From assembly GCA_030586555.1 (NCBI GenBank), contig JAURAC010000018.1:1-64000 (forward strand): DNA of 64,000 nt, read 5' to 3'. Position numbers and translations under genes: made by a program. The DNA comes from Candidatus Subterrananammoxibius californiae. GTDB lineage: Bacteria > Planctomycetota > Brocadiia > Brocadiales > Subterrananammoxibiaceae. Every line of letters begins with the position of its first letter. Position 1 is the stretch's first letter. Below, in pieces: positions 1 through 9,295 of the stretch. Below the pieces are notes generated by a model. It ran no database searches. It had not been told where the DNA came from and saw only the letters and a list, made by a program, of their open reading frames with translations.

Positions 1-420
1 CTCCCTTCCGCTTAAGCCAACGGACTGTAAAAGCTGTAAAGCTCTTGCCCTTCGTGTTCTCCATGGAATACCCCCATACAACATGGGCAGCTCAACATTT
101 TCAACGGCATTTGTGCGGTTTAGAAGATTAAAGAACTGGAAGACAAAACCGACCTTCTGGTTTCTTATTTCAGCCAGTCTATCCCTATCTAAACGTGAGA
201 CGTCCTCACCTTCCAAAAAGTAAGCTCCGTCAGATAATGTATCTAAACAGCCTATTATGTTCATTAAGGTGGATTTACCCGAGCCTGATGGACCCATAAT
301 GGCTATGAACTCTCCCTTTTTTATATGTAAAAAGATTCCTCTTAATACAGGTAGTTCCACCTCACCCATCCGGTATGTCTTAAAGACATTTTCTAAAATA
401 ATTAGTTTGTCATTATCCAT
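1..420 (-). CDS. ABC transporter ATP-binding protein (MacB/LolD-like), 3' part runs off window
   Basis: Manual translation from ATG at 420: MDNDKLIILENVFKTYRMGE..., Walker A GPSGSGKST, GFVFQFFNLL; lies directly downstream of the adaptor gene. Confidence 0.9.
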   Translation of the reverse strand, partial: MDNDKLIILENVFKTYRMGEVELPVLRGIFLHIKKGEFIAIMGPSGSGKSTLMNIIGCLDTLSDGAYFLEGEDVSRLDRDRLAEIRNQKVGFVFQFFNLLNRTNAVENVELPMLYGGIPWRTRRARALQLLQSVGLSGRE

Positions 421-491
421 TAGGAAAAAAGGTTACGAGGCTAAGAGGCTAAAAGGTCTTTAGTCTTTTTACCTTTTTACCTCTTTGTCTT

Positions 492-1727
492 TTAAGGATA
501 CATCCTTCTCGGCATAGAAGCAGATGGTGATTTAGCTCCTTCCGAGAGTACCCCTACGATGACTTTATCCCCCTCTTTTAAGTCCCCTTTTATCAGTTCT
601 GTGGAATTATCATCGGAAATGCCTAATTCTACAGGTATTGCCTTGATTTTTCCGTCATTAACCGGGATATATACGTGATTCTTATTATGTATGCCTTTTT
701 CTTCAGGGGTTTCTTCGCTGTATGCCATAGCAACAGGCTTGAAGCGGACGGCGGCATTTGGAAGCTTAAAGACATTTTCTTTATGTGCCACATTTACTGA
801 GACGTTTGCTGTCATTCCGGGCTTTAGCTTCAAATCTGGGTTTTCCACGCCAATAACTACATCGTATGTGACTACGTTTTGAATCACAATAGGTGCATTC
901 CTTACCTGAGTGACCTTTCCATTAAATGCCATGGTAGGATAAGCGTCTACGCTAAACGTTGCGTCTTCACCTACGGCTACCATTCCAATATCAGATTCAC
1001 TTACATTTCCATGAACCTCCATCTTAGTTAAATCTTGCGCTATAAGGAACATTGTAGGTGTCTGGAAACTTGCAATTACCGTCTGGCCAACATCTACATT
1101 CCTTGAAAGAACTATGCCCTCGACCGGAGAGGTAATTATAGTGTGGCTGAGGTCAAGTTCTGCAGACTTCAGGGCAGCCTTAGCCTGGTCAAGCTGTGAC
1201 AAGGCAAGTTCGTACTGGGCATTGTTTGCCGCAAGCTGTGCGACAGCAGAATCATGATTAGCCTGTGCTGTGTCTTTTTCTGCCTGTGATACCACCTTAT
1301 TCTGCAGGAGCTCTTCGAGCCTTTTCAGGGTTCTCTTTGCATCTTCAACCGCTACCTCTGCCTTTTCAATATTTGCCCGTGCAGCACTAACAGACGCCTC
1401 TGCAACGGAGAGATTTGCCTTAGCCTGCTCAACCTTTGTCTGAAAAGGAACAGGGTCAATCTGTGCAATTACTTGCCCTGCACTTACTATAGAATTAAAA
1501 TCAACGAAAATCTTTTCTATAATTCCCGAAACCTGACTCCCAACCTGTACCGTAGTTACAGGATTAATTGTCCCCGTAGCGGTAACAACTGCTAATATGT
1601 CACCTTTTTTAATCGTTTCAGTCCTATATTTAACGGACGTCTTCTTGTCTCTAATATAAGCATTAACGCTTATACCACCACCAATAATGAAGGCAAGAAT
1701 TACTCCTAAGATTATCCACTTTTTCAT
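492..1727 (-). CDS. Efflux RND/ABC periplasmic adaptor subunit (MacA/HlyD-like)
   Basis: N-terminal TM, VTATGTINP..VQVGSQVSG, lipoyl halves, coiled hairpin, LKPGMTANV; start moved to MKKWII (1727). Confidence 0.9.
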   Translation of the reverse strand: MKKWIILGVILAFIIGGGISVNAYIRDKKTSVKYRTETIKKGDILAVVTATGTINPVTTVQVGSQVSGIIEKIFVDFNSIVSAGQVIAQIDPVPFQTKVEQAKANLSVAEASVSAARANIEKAEVAVEDAKRTLKRLEELLQNKVVSQAEKDTAQANHDSAVAQLAANNAQYELALSQLDQAKAALKSAELDLSHTIITSPVEGIVLSRNVDVGQTVIASFQTPTMFLIAQDLTKMEVHGNVSESDIGMVAVGEDATFSVDAYPTMAFNGKVTQVRNAPIVIQNVVTYDVVIGVENPDLKLKPGMTANVSVNVAHKENVFKLPNAAVRFKPVAMAYSEETPEEKGIHNKNHVYIPVNDGKIKAIPVELGISDDNSTELIKGDLKEGDKVIVGVLSEGAKSPSASMPRRMYP

Positions 1728-1995
1728 GATTTTTTGTTTCCGCGCCAAAAACAGCGCACAGGTCTCCAATTCCTGTTATGTTGAGCGTGACAATTGTAAC
1801 TCAAAGCGTACCAATGAAAAAGTTATAATATAATTAATTAACGATGCCAAGTAAACAGAATTATAAATAAACAAATGAAGAATTACGGTATACAAATTCA
1901 TTATAGCAAAAACCCCTAACTTCTGAAATCCTAATTACATGGTAAAATTAACCACTTAATAAATAGAAAAGCTGAGAAATTTTTTCATTTTAGAT

Positions 1996-2025
1996 TTGAC
2001 AACATATCTTAAATTTTGCTATTAT
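1996..2025 (+). promoter_or_regulatory. Putative sigma70 promoter
   Basis: TTGACA-18 bp-TATTAT with TG extension, upstream of the ORF at 2143. Confidence 0.45.
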
Positions 2026-2142
2026 TAACAAAAATATGGGAAAAAATAAGTCGGAGAGTTAAAAGCAAGTCCGGCGATGTAATTATTTGAACAAAAAATC
2101 TTTATGAAAAACTACCATACCCAATAAAGGAGCATAGAAATT

Positions 2143-2865
2143 ATGAGAAAAGGGCAAATCGTTTTACCAGCAATCCTGACTATGATTTCAGTTTGCTCAA
2201 TGCAGCTATCTATGACTTCGTACGTGATGGCAGCTGAAGAAGCATCAACCAAAACTGCAACATCCACTGAGTCCGCAGCACCAGCTAAAGGGAAGCCGAC
2301 ACTAAAAGAATTAGGAACAATTACAGGGTTCGTCAAAGGCGGAATTCCGAGGCATCAGAAGGACTCTGTTGTTTACATAGAAAAGATGGATAGGGAGTTT
2401 CCAGCTCCTAAATACCATGCAGTTATGGACCAGATAAGTCTTACGTTTGTTCCCCATGTATTACCCATTATGAAAGGAACAACGGTGGATTTCCCCAATA
2501 GCGATTACATTCTTGATATAGAGCATAACGTATTTTCCCCGGATGATGTGGCGGACAAGATGGACCTTGGCGATTGGCCTGTTGGGGAGTTAAAGAGTCA
2601 CATCTTCAACAAGCTGGGCGTAGCAGTAATGCTATGCCATCTACACCCGGATATGGAAGGTTTTGTCGTGGTCCTTCAGAACCCATTCTTTGATAAAACC
2701 CATGAGGATGGTAGATTTACTATCGAAGGCGTACCGCCGGGGGAATATACCATTAATGTATGGCATAAAAGACTTGCAGCGGACGCACAAAAGGTTGTTG
2801 TGGCTCCGGGAGAAACAACGGCGGTTGATTTCGTGTTTAATAAAAGAAAAAAGGATTATCATTAA
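2143..2865 (+). CDS. Secreted cupredoxin-like / carboxypeptidase-regulatory-like domain protein
   Basis: Signal-like N-terminus, HNVFS and CHLHPDM (C-x2-H-x2-M) motifs, C-terminal G.FTIEGVPPGEY.I.VWH beta-sandwich. Confidence 0.7.
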   Translation: MRKGQIVLPAILTMISVCSMQLSMTSYVMAAEEASTKTATSTESAAPAKGKPTLKELGTITGFVKGGIPRHQKDSVVYIEKMDREFPAPKYHAVMDQISLTFVPHVLPIMKGTTVDFPNSDYILDIEHNVFSPDDVADKMDLGDWPVGELKSHIFNKLGVAVMLCHLHPDMEGFVVVLQNPFFDKTHEDGRFTIEGVPPGEYTINVWHKRLAADAQKVVVAPGETTAVDFVFNKRKKDYH

Positions 2866-3216
2866 TTTTTGGAGCAGAAATTTGTTACGGTATCGGTAAT
2901 ATAATCCCCGTAATACGTACACCAATTTGTTCAAGCCTGAATAAATACTTAAGAAAGATTGGACGGAAGATTCTTGGCGCATAGGGTAGCGGCAAATGGT
3001 AATTTGTCCGTCGCATACAGACTATGGGTTAAAAATAGGACTTTGAGCAGGTCTTGTTTACCTTTTCCAGTCTTTTGTTTTTTTTGGTGTAGTTGTTTTA
3101 TGAACCTGTCCTTCAATCCAAATAAAAATGGTTTTGTACGGGTCTCCCGATGTCACCATTAAATATTTGTTAGACGAAATCTTATTTTTTACAAACTTTT
3201 TATATAATGAGGATTT

Positions 3217-4608
3217 ATGAAAAACGGGCATAAATCCGTTACAATTTTCGGAGCAGGGCTATCTGGTCTTACTTTTGCTTACGAACTGAATGAATTGGGG
3301 GTTTCGCTCAGGGTTATTGAGAAGCATTCCTCAGCAGGTGGACTTTGCAGAAGTATTCGTAAAGATGGTTTTACTTTTGACCTCGGCGGACATAGACTTT
3401 ATGCAGATAAGCCGTGGATAATTGAGAAGGTAAAGGAGATACTGGGCGAAGAAATGCTCTGTACAAAAAGAAAAAGCAGGATACTGCTAAATGGGAAGTT
3501 TTTTAACTATCCTTTAAAGCCGCGTTCTGCTTTTTTTTCATTCGGCTTCGGAAAGTCGCTCAAAATTCTAACCGGCTATTTCAAATCAAAATTAAAAGCA
3601 AAACAAATAAATAAGGTAAATGAAATGTCATTTGAGGACTGGGTCGTTAGCCGCTTTGGGCGCACCCTTTACGAAATTTACTTTGAACCCTATACCGAAA
3701 AGGTATGGGGACTTCCTTGCAAGAATATATCCGCAGACTGGGCAGCGCAAAGAATCTCCCCATTTAACCTTATTGAGACAATCAAAGGGGCATTACTTAA
3801 TTCAAAAAAGTTTGCCGATAGATTCACCACTTCTCAGTTTTTCTACCCTGTTAGAGGAGGTATTGGAAGAATAGCAGATAGGGTGGTGGAGAAACTCAAA
3901 GCATCTGGAAATGAGGTACTTTTTCACAGCGAACCGACTGAAATTAGATGTGAAAAGGATATGGTAAAATCGGTCTTAATTGCCAATGGCAAAAGTTCGT
4001 TTGAACTAAAGTCAGACCATTTCATCTCTACAATTCCACTTACCAAACTTATCTTGATGTTAAAGCCAACTCCGCCATCAGAAATCATGGAAGCCGCCAG
4101 TAAGCTTACCTATAGGGCGGTAATTTGTGTCTTTCTAATCTTAAATAAGCCTATGGTTACCGATGATACATGGATATATTTCCCTGAAAAGAGTATTTTC
4201 TTTGGCAGAGCCCATGAGCCCCGAAATTGGAGCAGGGAAAACGCCAGTGACGGAAAGACCTCGCTTTGCCTCGAAGTCTTTTGCTCCGAAGGAGACTATT
4301 TCTGGCAAATGCCCGACAAAGAAATAATCAGCAAGGTTGTTTACGACCTGAAACGCCTTGAATTCATAAAGAAAGGAGATGTCGAGGACTGTTTCTTATC
4401 AAGGGTTCCTTATGCGTATCCCGTTTACAAGATGGGCTATCAGAACCACCTTTCAAGGGTAAGGCAGTATTTGTCCCAATTTAAAAATCTTCATCTCCTC
4501 GGCAGGACAGGCAAATTTAGATACATGAATATGGACCATGTCATAGAGGAAAGCGTAGAAAAGGCGAGGGAACTTTATCGTCCTGCCCAAAGGATGGCGG
4601 GTTTTTAA
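3217..4608 (+). CDS. FAD-dependent oxidoreductase (amine oxidase / HemY / UDP-galactopyranose mutase-like family)
   Basis: GAGLSGL Rossmann motif, GGLCRS...FDLGGH, YAYP, GRTGKFRYMNMDH. Confidence 0.8.
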   Translation: MKNGHKSVTIFGAGLSGLTFAYELNELGVSLRVIEKHSSAGGLCRSIRKDGFTFDLGGHRLYADKPWIIEKVKEILGEEMLCTKRKSRILLNGKFFNYPLKPRSAFFSFGFGKSLKILTGYFKSKLKAKQINKVNEMSFEDWVVSRFGRTLYEIYFEPYTEKVWGLPCKNISADWAAQRISPFNLIETIKGALLNSKKFADRFTTSQFFYPVRGGIGRIADRVVEKLKASGNEVLFHSEPTEIRCEKDMVKSVLIANGKSSFELKSDHFISTIPLTKLILMLKPTPPSEIMEAASKLTYRAVICVFLILNKPMVTDDTWIYFPEKSIFFGRAHEPRNWSRENASDGKTSLCLEVFCSEGDYFWQMPDKEIISKVVYDLKRLEFIKKGDVEDCFLSRVPYAYPVYKMGYQNHLSRVRQYLSQFKNLHLLGRTGKFRYMNMDHVIEESVEKARELYRPAQRMAGF

Positions 4609-4609
4609 C

Positions 4610-6727
4610 ATGCCTAATCTTCTCTTTGAAATAGGAACAGAGGAAATCCCTGCCAGTTATATTGAACCAGCGCTAAAGCAAATGGAAGCCCTTCTCGAAG
4701 ACCTTTTGAAGAAAAACCGCATGGGCTTCAAGAAAATAATTACGGCTGGCACGCCGAGACGATTAACTATTTTTGCTGAGGATATTCCGGAAAGACAAGA
4801 AAGCGTAATCCAGGAAATCATAGGGCCCTCCGCAAAGATTGCCTTTGACCCATCAGGACGGCTTACAAAGGCAGCTGTTGGCTTTGCAAAATCACAGGGG
4901 GTAGAAGTTACAGCCTTAAAAACAAAGGAAACCGAGAGAGGAAATTACTGCGTTGCCGTAAAGACCTTTGAAGGGCAACAAGCATCCAAGCTCCTTCCCG
5001 AAATCCTCGCATTGATTATAAAATCAATCAACTTCCCTAAAACTATGAAATGGAAAAAGGGAGGCATTTACTTTAGCCGCCCTATAAGGGCTTTACTTGC
5101 GCTCTTTGGTTCAGAAATCCTCAATGTTACAATCAACGGCATTAGAGCAGGCAGGACAACCCAAGGACATCCTTTTCTCTCTGGTCGCGTTATTGAAATT
5201 GAGTCGGCAGATTATGAGCAATACAAACTTAAACTTAAGGAAGAAAAGGTGATAGTGGACATTGCCGAACGCCGAAACATCCTCAAGAATAAAGTCAACG
5301 AACTCCTTTCAGTTTATGGGTCAAAGTTAAACGATGAAGAACTGTTAGAAGAAGTAACCAACCTTGTAGAGTATCCATACGCAATTGAATGCAGCTACGA
5401 TGAATCCTTCCTCAGCATCCCATTCGAGGTCATTATCACAGCAATGAAGGAACACCAGAGATACTTCCCCGTGACGGATAAAAACGGAAAGCCACTGCCA
5501 AAATTCATCATCGTGGCTAACAGGAACGAACAAAGCGCAGAGAAGGTGCGAGAGGGCAACCAGAATGTCTTAAATGCAAGGCTCGCTGATGCAAAGTTCT
5601 TCTGGGAAGAAGACAAACGCACGCCACTACGGGACAGAGTCGAAGACCTGAAAAACGTAATATTTCAGGAAAAGCTCGGAAGCTATTATGACAGGACCCT
5701 GCGCATTGAACAGCTCTCAAGGTTTATCGCCGAGCGCCTCAATTTTACCAAGGAAAATATCGAGATGGTTGACAAAGCTGCTCATCTCTGCAAGGCAGAC
5801 CTCCTGACAAACGTGGTTGTCGAGTTCCCATCCCTGCAAGGGATTATGGGGCGTGAATATGCAAGAGAAGACATAAGGCGTGAAGTCGGAATACTATCAG
5901 TGAGTGCTGCAGCGCACACACAAGCTATCTACGAACATTACTACCCCCGTTACTCAGGAGACAAGCTTCCAGAATCCGAAGCTGGAATGGTTTTAAGCCT
6001 TGCAGATAAATTTGATGCAGTTGTGGGGTGCTTCTCCGTAGGACTCATCCCAAGTGGGTCACAAGACCCTTACGCCCTGCGTAGACAGGTTGCCGGAATT
6101 ATTCAAATTATAGAAGTCAACTGCCTACACCTGTCCATAAAAGAAACAATTGAAAAATCCATATCCATGCTCCCGATTAACCATGCAGTCGATAATACTA
6201 TTTACAACAAGGTCACCGATTTCTTCAAGGACAGAATCTATCATGCGCACCTCGAACAGGGGCATTACCGCTATGACATCATCAACGCCGTAATGGCAAC
6301 AGGAATTGACGACGTGGCAGACATGCACGAACGACTGATGGTAATCGCAGACCTATCAAAAGACCCCATCTGGCCAACACTTGTCAAACTCGTTGAGAGG
6401 ACGTACAACATAGGCAAAAATGCTGATGTTGGGGGTGACGTTGATGAAAAATTCCTAACAGAGGTTCAGGAACAAGAACTCTGGAAGACCTATCTCAAAC
6501 ACAAAGATGAAATTCTATCGCTCGTTAAGGCAAAAGAGTACGAAAAAGCATCGAGACAATACTACAATGCCTTTGCTCAACCCGTTCACATCTTCTTTGA
6601 GAAGGTATTTGTAAACGTTGAGGATAAGAGGATTAGAAGCAACCGCATTTTGCTATCAAAGAAAATTAATGAGTTATTTTCAAAAGGTATTGCCGACCTG
6701 TCAAAGATTGTAACTGAAGGACAGTAA
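4610..6727 (+). CDS. glyS: Glycine--tRNA ligase beta subunit
   Basis: LLFEIGTEEIP, TPRRL, HQRYFP, ARLADAKFF, GSQDPYALRR. Confidence 0.97.
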   Translation: MPNLLFEIGTEEIPASYIEPALKQMEALLEDLLKKNRMGFKKIITAGTPRRLTIFAEDIPERQESVIQEIIGPSAKIAFDPSGRLTKAAVGFAKSQGVEVTALKTKETERGNYCVAVKTFEGQQASKLLPEILALIIKSINFPKTMKWKKGGIYFSRPIRALLALFGSEILNVTINGIRAGRTTQGHPFLSGRVIEIESADYEQYKLKLKEEKVIVDIAERRNILKNKVNELLSVYGSKLNDEELLEEVTNLVEYPYAIECSYDESFLSIPFEVIITAMKEHQRYFPVTDKNGKPLPKFIIVANRNEQSAEKVREGNQNVLNARLADAKFFWEEDKRTPLRDRVEDLKNVIFQEKLGSYYDRTLRIEQLSRFIAERLNFTKENIEMVDKAAHLCKADLLTNVVVEFPSLQGIMGREYAREDIRREVGILSVSAAAHTQAIYEHYYPRYSGDKLPESEAGMVLSLADKFDAVVGCFSVGLIPSGSQDPYALRRQVAGIIQIIEVNCLHLSIKETIEKSISMLPINHAVDNTIYNKVTDFFKDRIYHAHLEQGHYRYDIINAVMATGIDDVADMHERLMVIADLSKDPIWPTLVKLVERTYNIGKNADVGGDVDEKFLTEVQEQELWKTYLKHKDEILSLVKAKEYEKASRQYYNAFAQPVHIFFEKVFVNVEDKRIRSNRILLSKKINELFSKGIADLSKIVTEGQ

Positions 6728-6728
6728 T

Positions 6729-7036
6729 GGGTAACATGTACAAACCATGGCATGTCGCCACGACATGCTTGTTTGTCCGTGCTTTGGAGTGCATTAACCT
6801 TCTGCTGGTTCAATCATCCTCGATTGAACCAGCCTCGTTTGTCATTGCGAGCGTAGCGAAGTAATCTCACAACGAGACCCTTCGCTCCGCTCAGGGTGAC
6901 AATAATGAGTGTCATTCTGAGCGTAGCGAAGAATCTTCATTGTCAAATTCTTCTACCTTTAACTTCCCCTCTTTGATGTAGGTGACCAGACCTCCCCTTT
7001 ATCCCCTCCTTGCGAAGGAGGGGACTGAGGGGTGGT
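6729..7036. repeat. Intergenic cluster of several palindromic REP-like elements
   Basis: Family-A copy with nested hairpin (6729-6782), GCTGGTTCAATC-ATCCTC-GATTGAACCAGC (6804-6833), GTCATTGCGAGCGTAGCGAAG, GAGACCCTTCGCTCCGCTCAGGGTGAC, GTCATTCTGAGCGTAGCGAAGAATCT, CCCCTCCTT-GCG-AAGGAGGGG; lies between convergent genes. Confidence 0.9.
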
Positions 7037-7127
7037 TGCGTTTATTTCAATATATTTGTCACTTTCCCGAAGCTCTCTAATTCGCCCTTAATCTTGCTGG
7101 CACAAAATTGTCTATTTCCCTTTTTTC

Positions 7128-7808
7128 TCAGCAATCGCTAAGTTTCTTTAGATTTTCGAGGTGTTCAGAGGATAAATAATCCTCAAGAGTATTTAAAATC
7201 ACCAGTGAAAGAAAGGCCCCATCGTTTGGTTTTAATTTTAAATACTCCCACAATTTTTTTACGTCTGCCATACAGGTAATCGGTTTGCCATCAATAGTAT
7301 GGAGATGTTCTTTGCTTAGCTTGTCTATATGCCACTTGAAAAGACCGCTGATGTTAGAACGAGGCCAGAACAGGTCTTCAAGTTTTACCCTTTCATATAA
7401 TTCCTTCACGGCAATTTGAACAGATTTAGGCACTTTGCGGTATAAGGTAGGAGCACCTAACTCATAGTCAACGGGAAGAACCCAAAGCATCTCCCTATAG
7501 GGTTCAACGTGAGTAACAAGCCAGTAATAGCCCTCGTGTATTTCCTTCAGTGGCTTAAGACGCCGTTTGCGTTTATTATCATAATAATCATACCAAACAT
7601 TTAGCCAAAAGAGCGCCATAAATGAGAAAGTAAAAAATAAAACAAGACAATACCATGTAAATTGGTTTAGGTGAAATAAAATCTTCAAGAAGATTGGCAA
7701 AAGCAAGACAAGAAAGAATAGAAGTAAAAGTAGATTTCCGTAAACCTTATGTCTTTTATTTTCTGGCCAAATACTTTTTTCTATAGTTTCGTAGGAGGGT
7801 AAACCCAT
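7128..7808 (-). CDS. Hypothetical membrane protein
   Basis: 226-aa ORF with two hydrophobic segments; upstream AGGAG-type RBS; no family recognised. Confidence 0.65.
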   Translation of the reverse strand: MGLPSYETIEKSIWPENKRHKVYGNLLLLLFFLVLLLPIFLKILFHLNQFTWYCLVLFFTFSFMALFWLNVWYDYYDNKRKRRLKPLKEIHEGYYWLVTHVEPYREMLWVLPVDYELGAPTLYRKVPKSVQIAVKELYERVKLEDLFWPRSNISGLFKWHIDKLSKEHLHTIDGKPITCMADVKKLWEYLKLKPNDGAFLSLVILNTLEDYLSSEHLENLKKLSDC

Positions 7809-7883
7809 CGCTAACCATCCTTCTCCTAATTTCTAAAAGCCATGGTCTTAGCTGGCTCAATCATCCTCTGAATCAACGAGAAA

Positions 7884-7914
7884 GCACGGACAAACGAGTT
7901 TGTCCATGCCACCC
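7884..7914. repeat. Family-A palindromic element (intergenic)
   Basis: GCACGGACAAACGAGTTTGTCCATGCCACCC; near-identical copies at 8681, 51086, 63016. Confidence 0.95.
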
Positions 7915-8018
7915 ATGCCCCTAACAAACATAAAACTTCTGGTTCAATCTTCAAGAAACCCAAAGTATTCGAAATCCTCCTTGCCAATCACCTTACCACT
8001 CGCCACTTGGCACTGCTG

Positions 8019-9287
8019 TCAGGTATGATATTCGGCATTTATTGTAACGTAGGCGTGTGATAGGTCGCAGGTCCAGATAGTCGCATTGCAGGAACCGAGT
8101 CCGAGGTCCAGTTGTATATGTATATCCTTCTTTTTCATCACTTCTGTGAGGTTTTCTTTTGCAAGTGTAGTAGGCATTCCATTTTCAAAGATAAGCTGGC
8201 TTCCGATATATAATTTAAGCCTTCCCTCTTCAAGCGGAACGCCAGCATAACCAGCGGCAGAGATAATCCTTCCCCAGTTGGGGTCCTCGCCATTGATGGC
8301 TGTTTTTACGAGTGGAGAATTTGCAATAGAACGGGCAACCTTTTCCGCATCTGCTTCAGAGCGCGCCCCAATTACCTCTATTTCAACAAACTTGGTTGCC
8401 CCTTCACCGTCCCTGACTATCGCCTTTGCAAGGTAGATTGTAACATAATCAAGCGCCTGCTGGAATACCTTTATTGAGTCTTGAGTCGCGAGTCCTGAGT
8501 CTTGAGTCATTGCAGCGCCGTTTGCAAGCATCACGACCATATCATTGGTGCTTGTATGGCCATCAACCGTAATGCGATTAAAAGACCGTTCTACGGATTG
8601 ACAGAGACACCTTTCAAGAACCGAGTGAGGCACTGAGGCATCGGTAGTAAGGAAGCAAAGCATTGTTGCTTCTACCTGTGGCACGGACAAACAAGTTTGT
8701 CCATGCCACCCCGGTATAGCCAATCTTGGAGAAATCATTCCAGAACCCTTAGATATCCCTCCGATGGTAATATCATAATCCTTTATCTTTACCTTTACGG
8801 CAATATTTTTTGGAACAGTATCCGTTGTCATAATAGCCCTGGATATAAGCACCCCGTTTGACGGCTTATTTCCCATGCAGTGAACCGCACTTTCAATACC
8901 GTAATGGATTTTATCCATTGGAAGAGGATGACCTATAATTCCAGTGGATGCCACTATCACTTCATCAGCATTAATACTCAGGTGTTTTGCGACGAGTTGC
9001 GCCATTGTTTGGGCGTCCCTGTAGCCTTGCTCGCCTGTACAGGCATTTGCGTTACCGCTATTGACAACGACTGCCCTTGCTTTGCCTCTCCTTGCGATTG
9101 TTCGGCTCAACTTTACAGGCGCAGCAGAAATTTCATTGGTGGTAAAGAGGGCAGCACAGGTGGCTGGGTATTCAGAAAGAATGATGCCAAGGTCTGGCAC
9201 GCCTGTTTGAGTCCTTATACCGCAATATACAGCGCTTGCCTTAAAACCTTTTGGGGCAACAACGCCCCCTTCGACTTCACTCAACAT
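8019..9287 (-). CDS. argJ: Bifunctional ornithine acetyltransferase / N-acetylglutamate synthase
   Basis: NSGNANACTG, IMTTDT, KGSGMI...ATML, DGEGATK, DPNWGRI, DLSHAYVTINAEYHT; two repeat-derived inserts. Confidence 0.96.
   Translation of the reverse strand: MLSEVEGGVVAPKGFKASAVYCGIRTQTGVPDLGIILSEYPATCAALFTTNEISAAPVKLSRTIARRGKARAVVVNSGNANACTGEQGYRDAQTMAQLVAKHLSINADEVIVASTGIIGHPLPMDKIHYGIESAVHCMGNKPSNGVLISRAIMTTDTVPKNIAVKVKIKDYDITIGGISKGSGMISPRLAIPGWHGQTCLSVPQVEATMLCFLTTDASVPHSVLERCLCQSVERSFNRITVDGHTSTNDMVVMLANGAAMTQDSGLATQDSIKVFQQALDYVTIYLAKAIVRDGEGATKFVEIEVIGARSEADAEKVARSIANSPLVKTAINGEDPNWGRIISAAGYAGVPLEEGRLKLYIGSQLIFENGMPTTLAKENLTEVMKKKDIHIQLDLGLGSCNATIWTCDLSHAYVTINAEYHT
8475..8509. repeat. 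Heptamer array (TGAGTCN x5) in frame within argJ
   Basis: TGAGTCT TGAGTCG CGAGTCC TGAGTCT TGAGTCA, encoding TQDSGLATQDS; same unit at 36348-36415. Confidence 0.85.
8681..8711. repeat. Family-A palindromic element in frame within argJ
   Basis: GCACGGACAAACAAGTTTGTCCATGCCACCC, encoding GWHGQTCLSV. Confidence 0.95.
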
Positions 9288-9295
9288 TTAAAACT

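Noticed and set aside
5900..5920. Imperfect palindrome in glyS (VSAAAHT)
   Set aside because: No second copy in the window and weak pairing; insufficient support.
9268..9287. ArgJ N-terminus MLSEVEG as a repeat remnant (CCCTTCGACTTCACTCA)
   Set aside because: It resembles the CTGAGC..CGAAGG family, but ArgJ proteins commonly begin with similar residues before GGV.APKGF, so it cannot be distinguished from native sequence.
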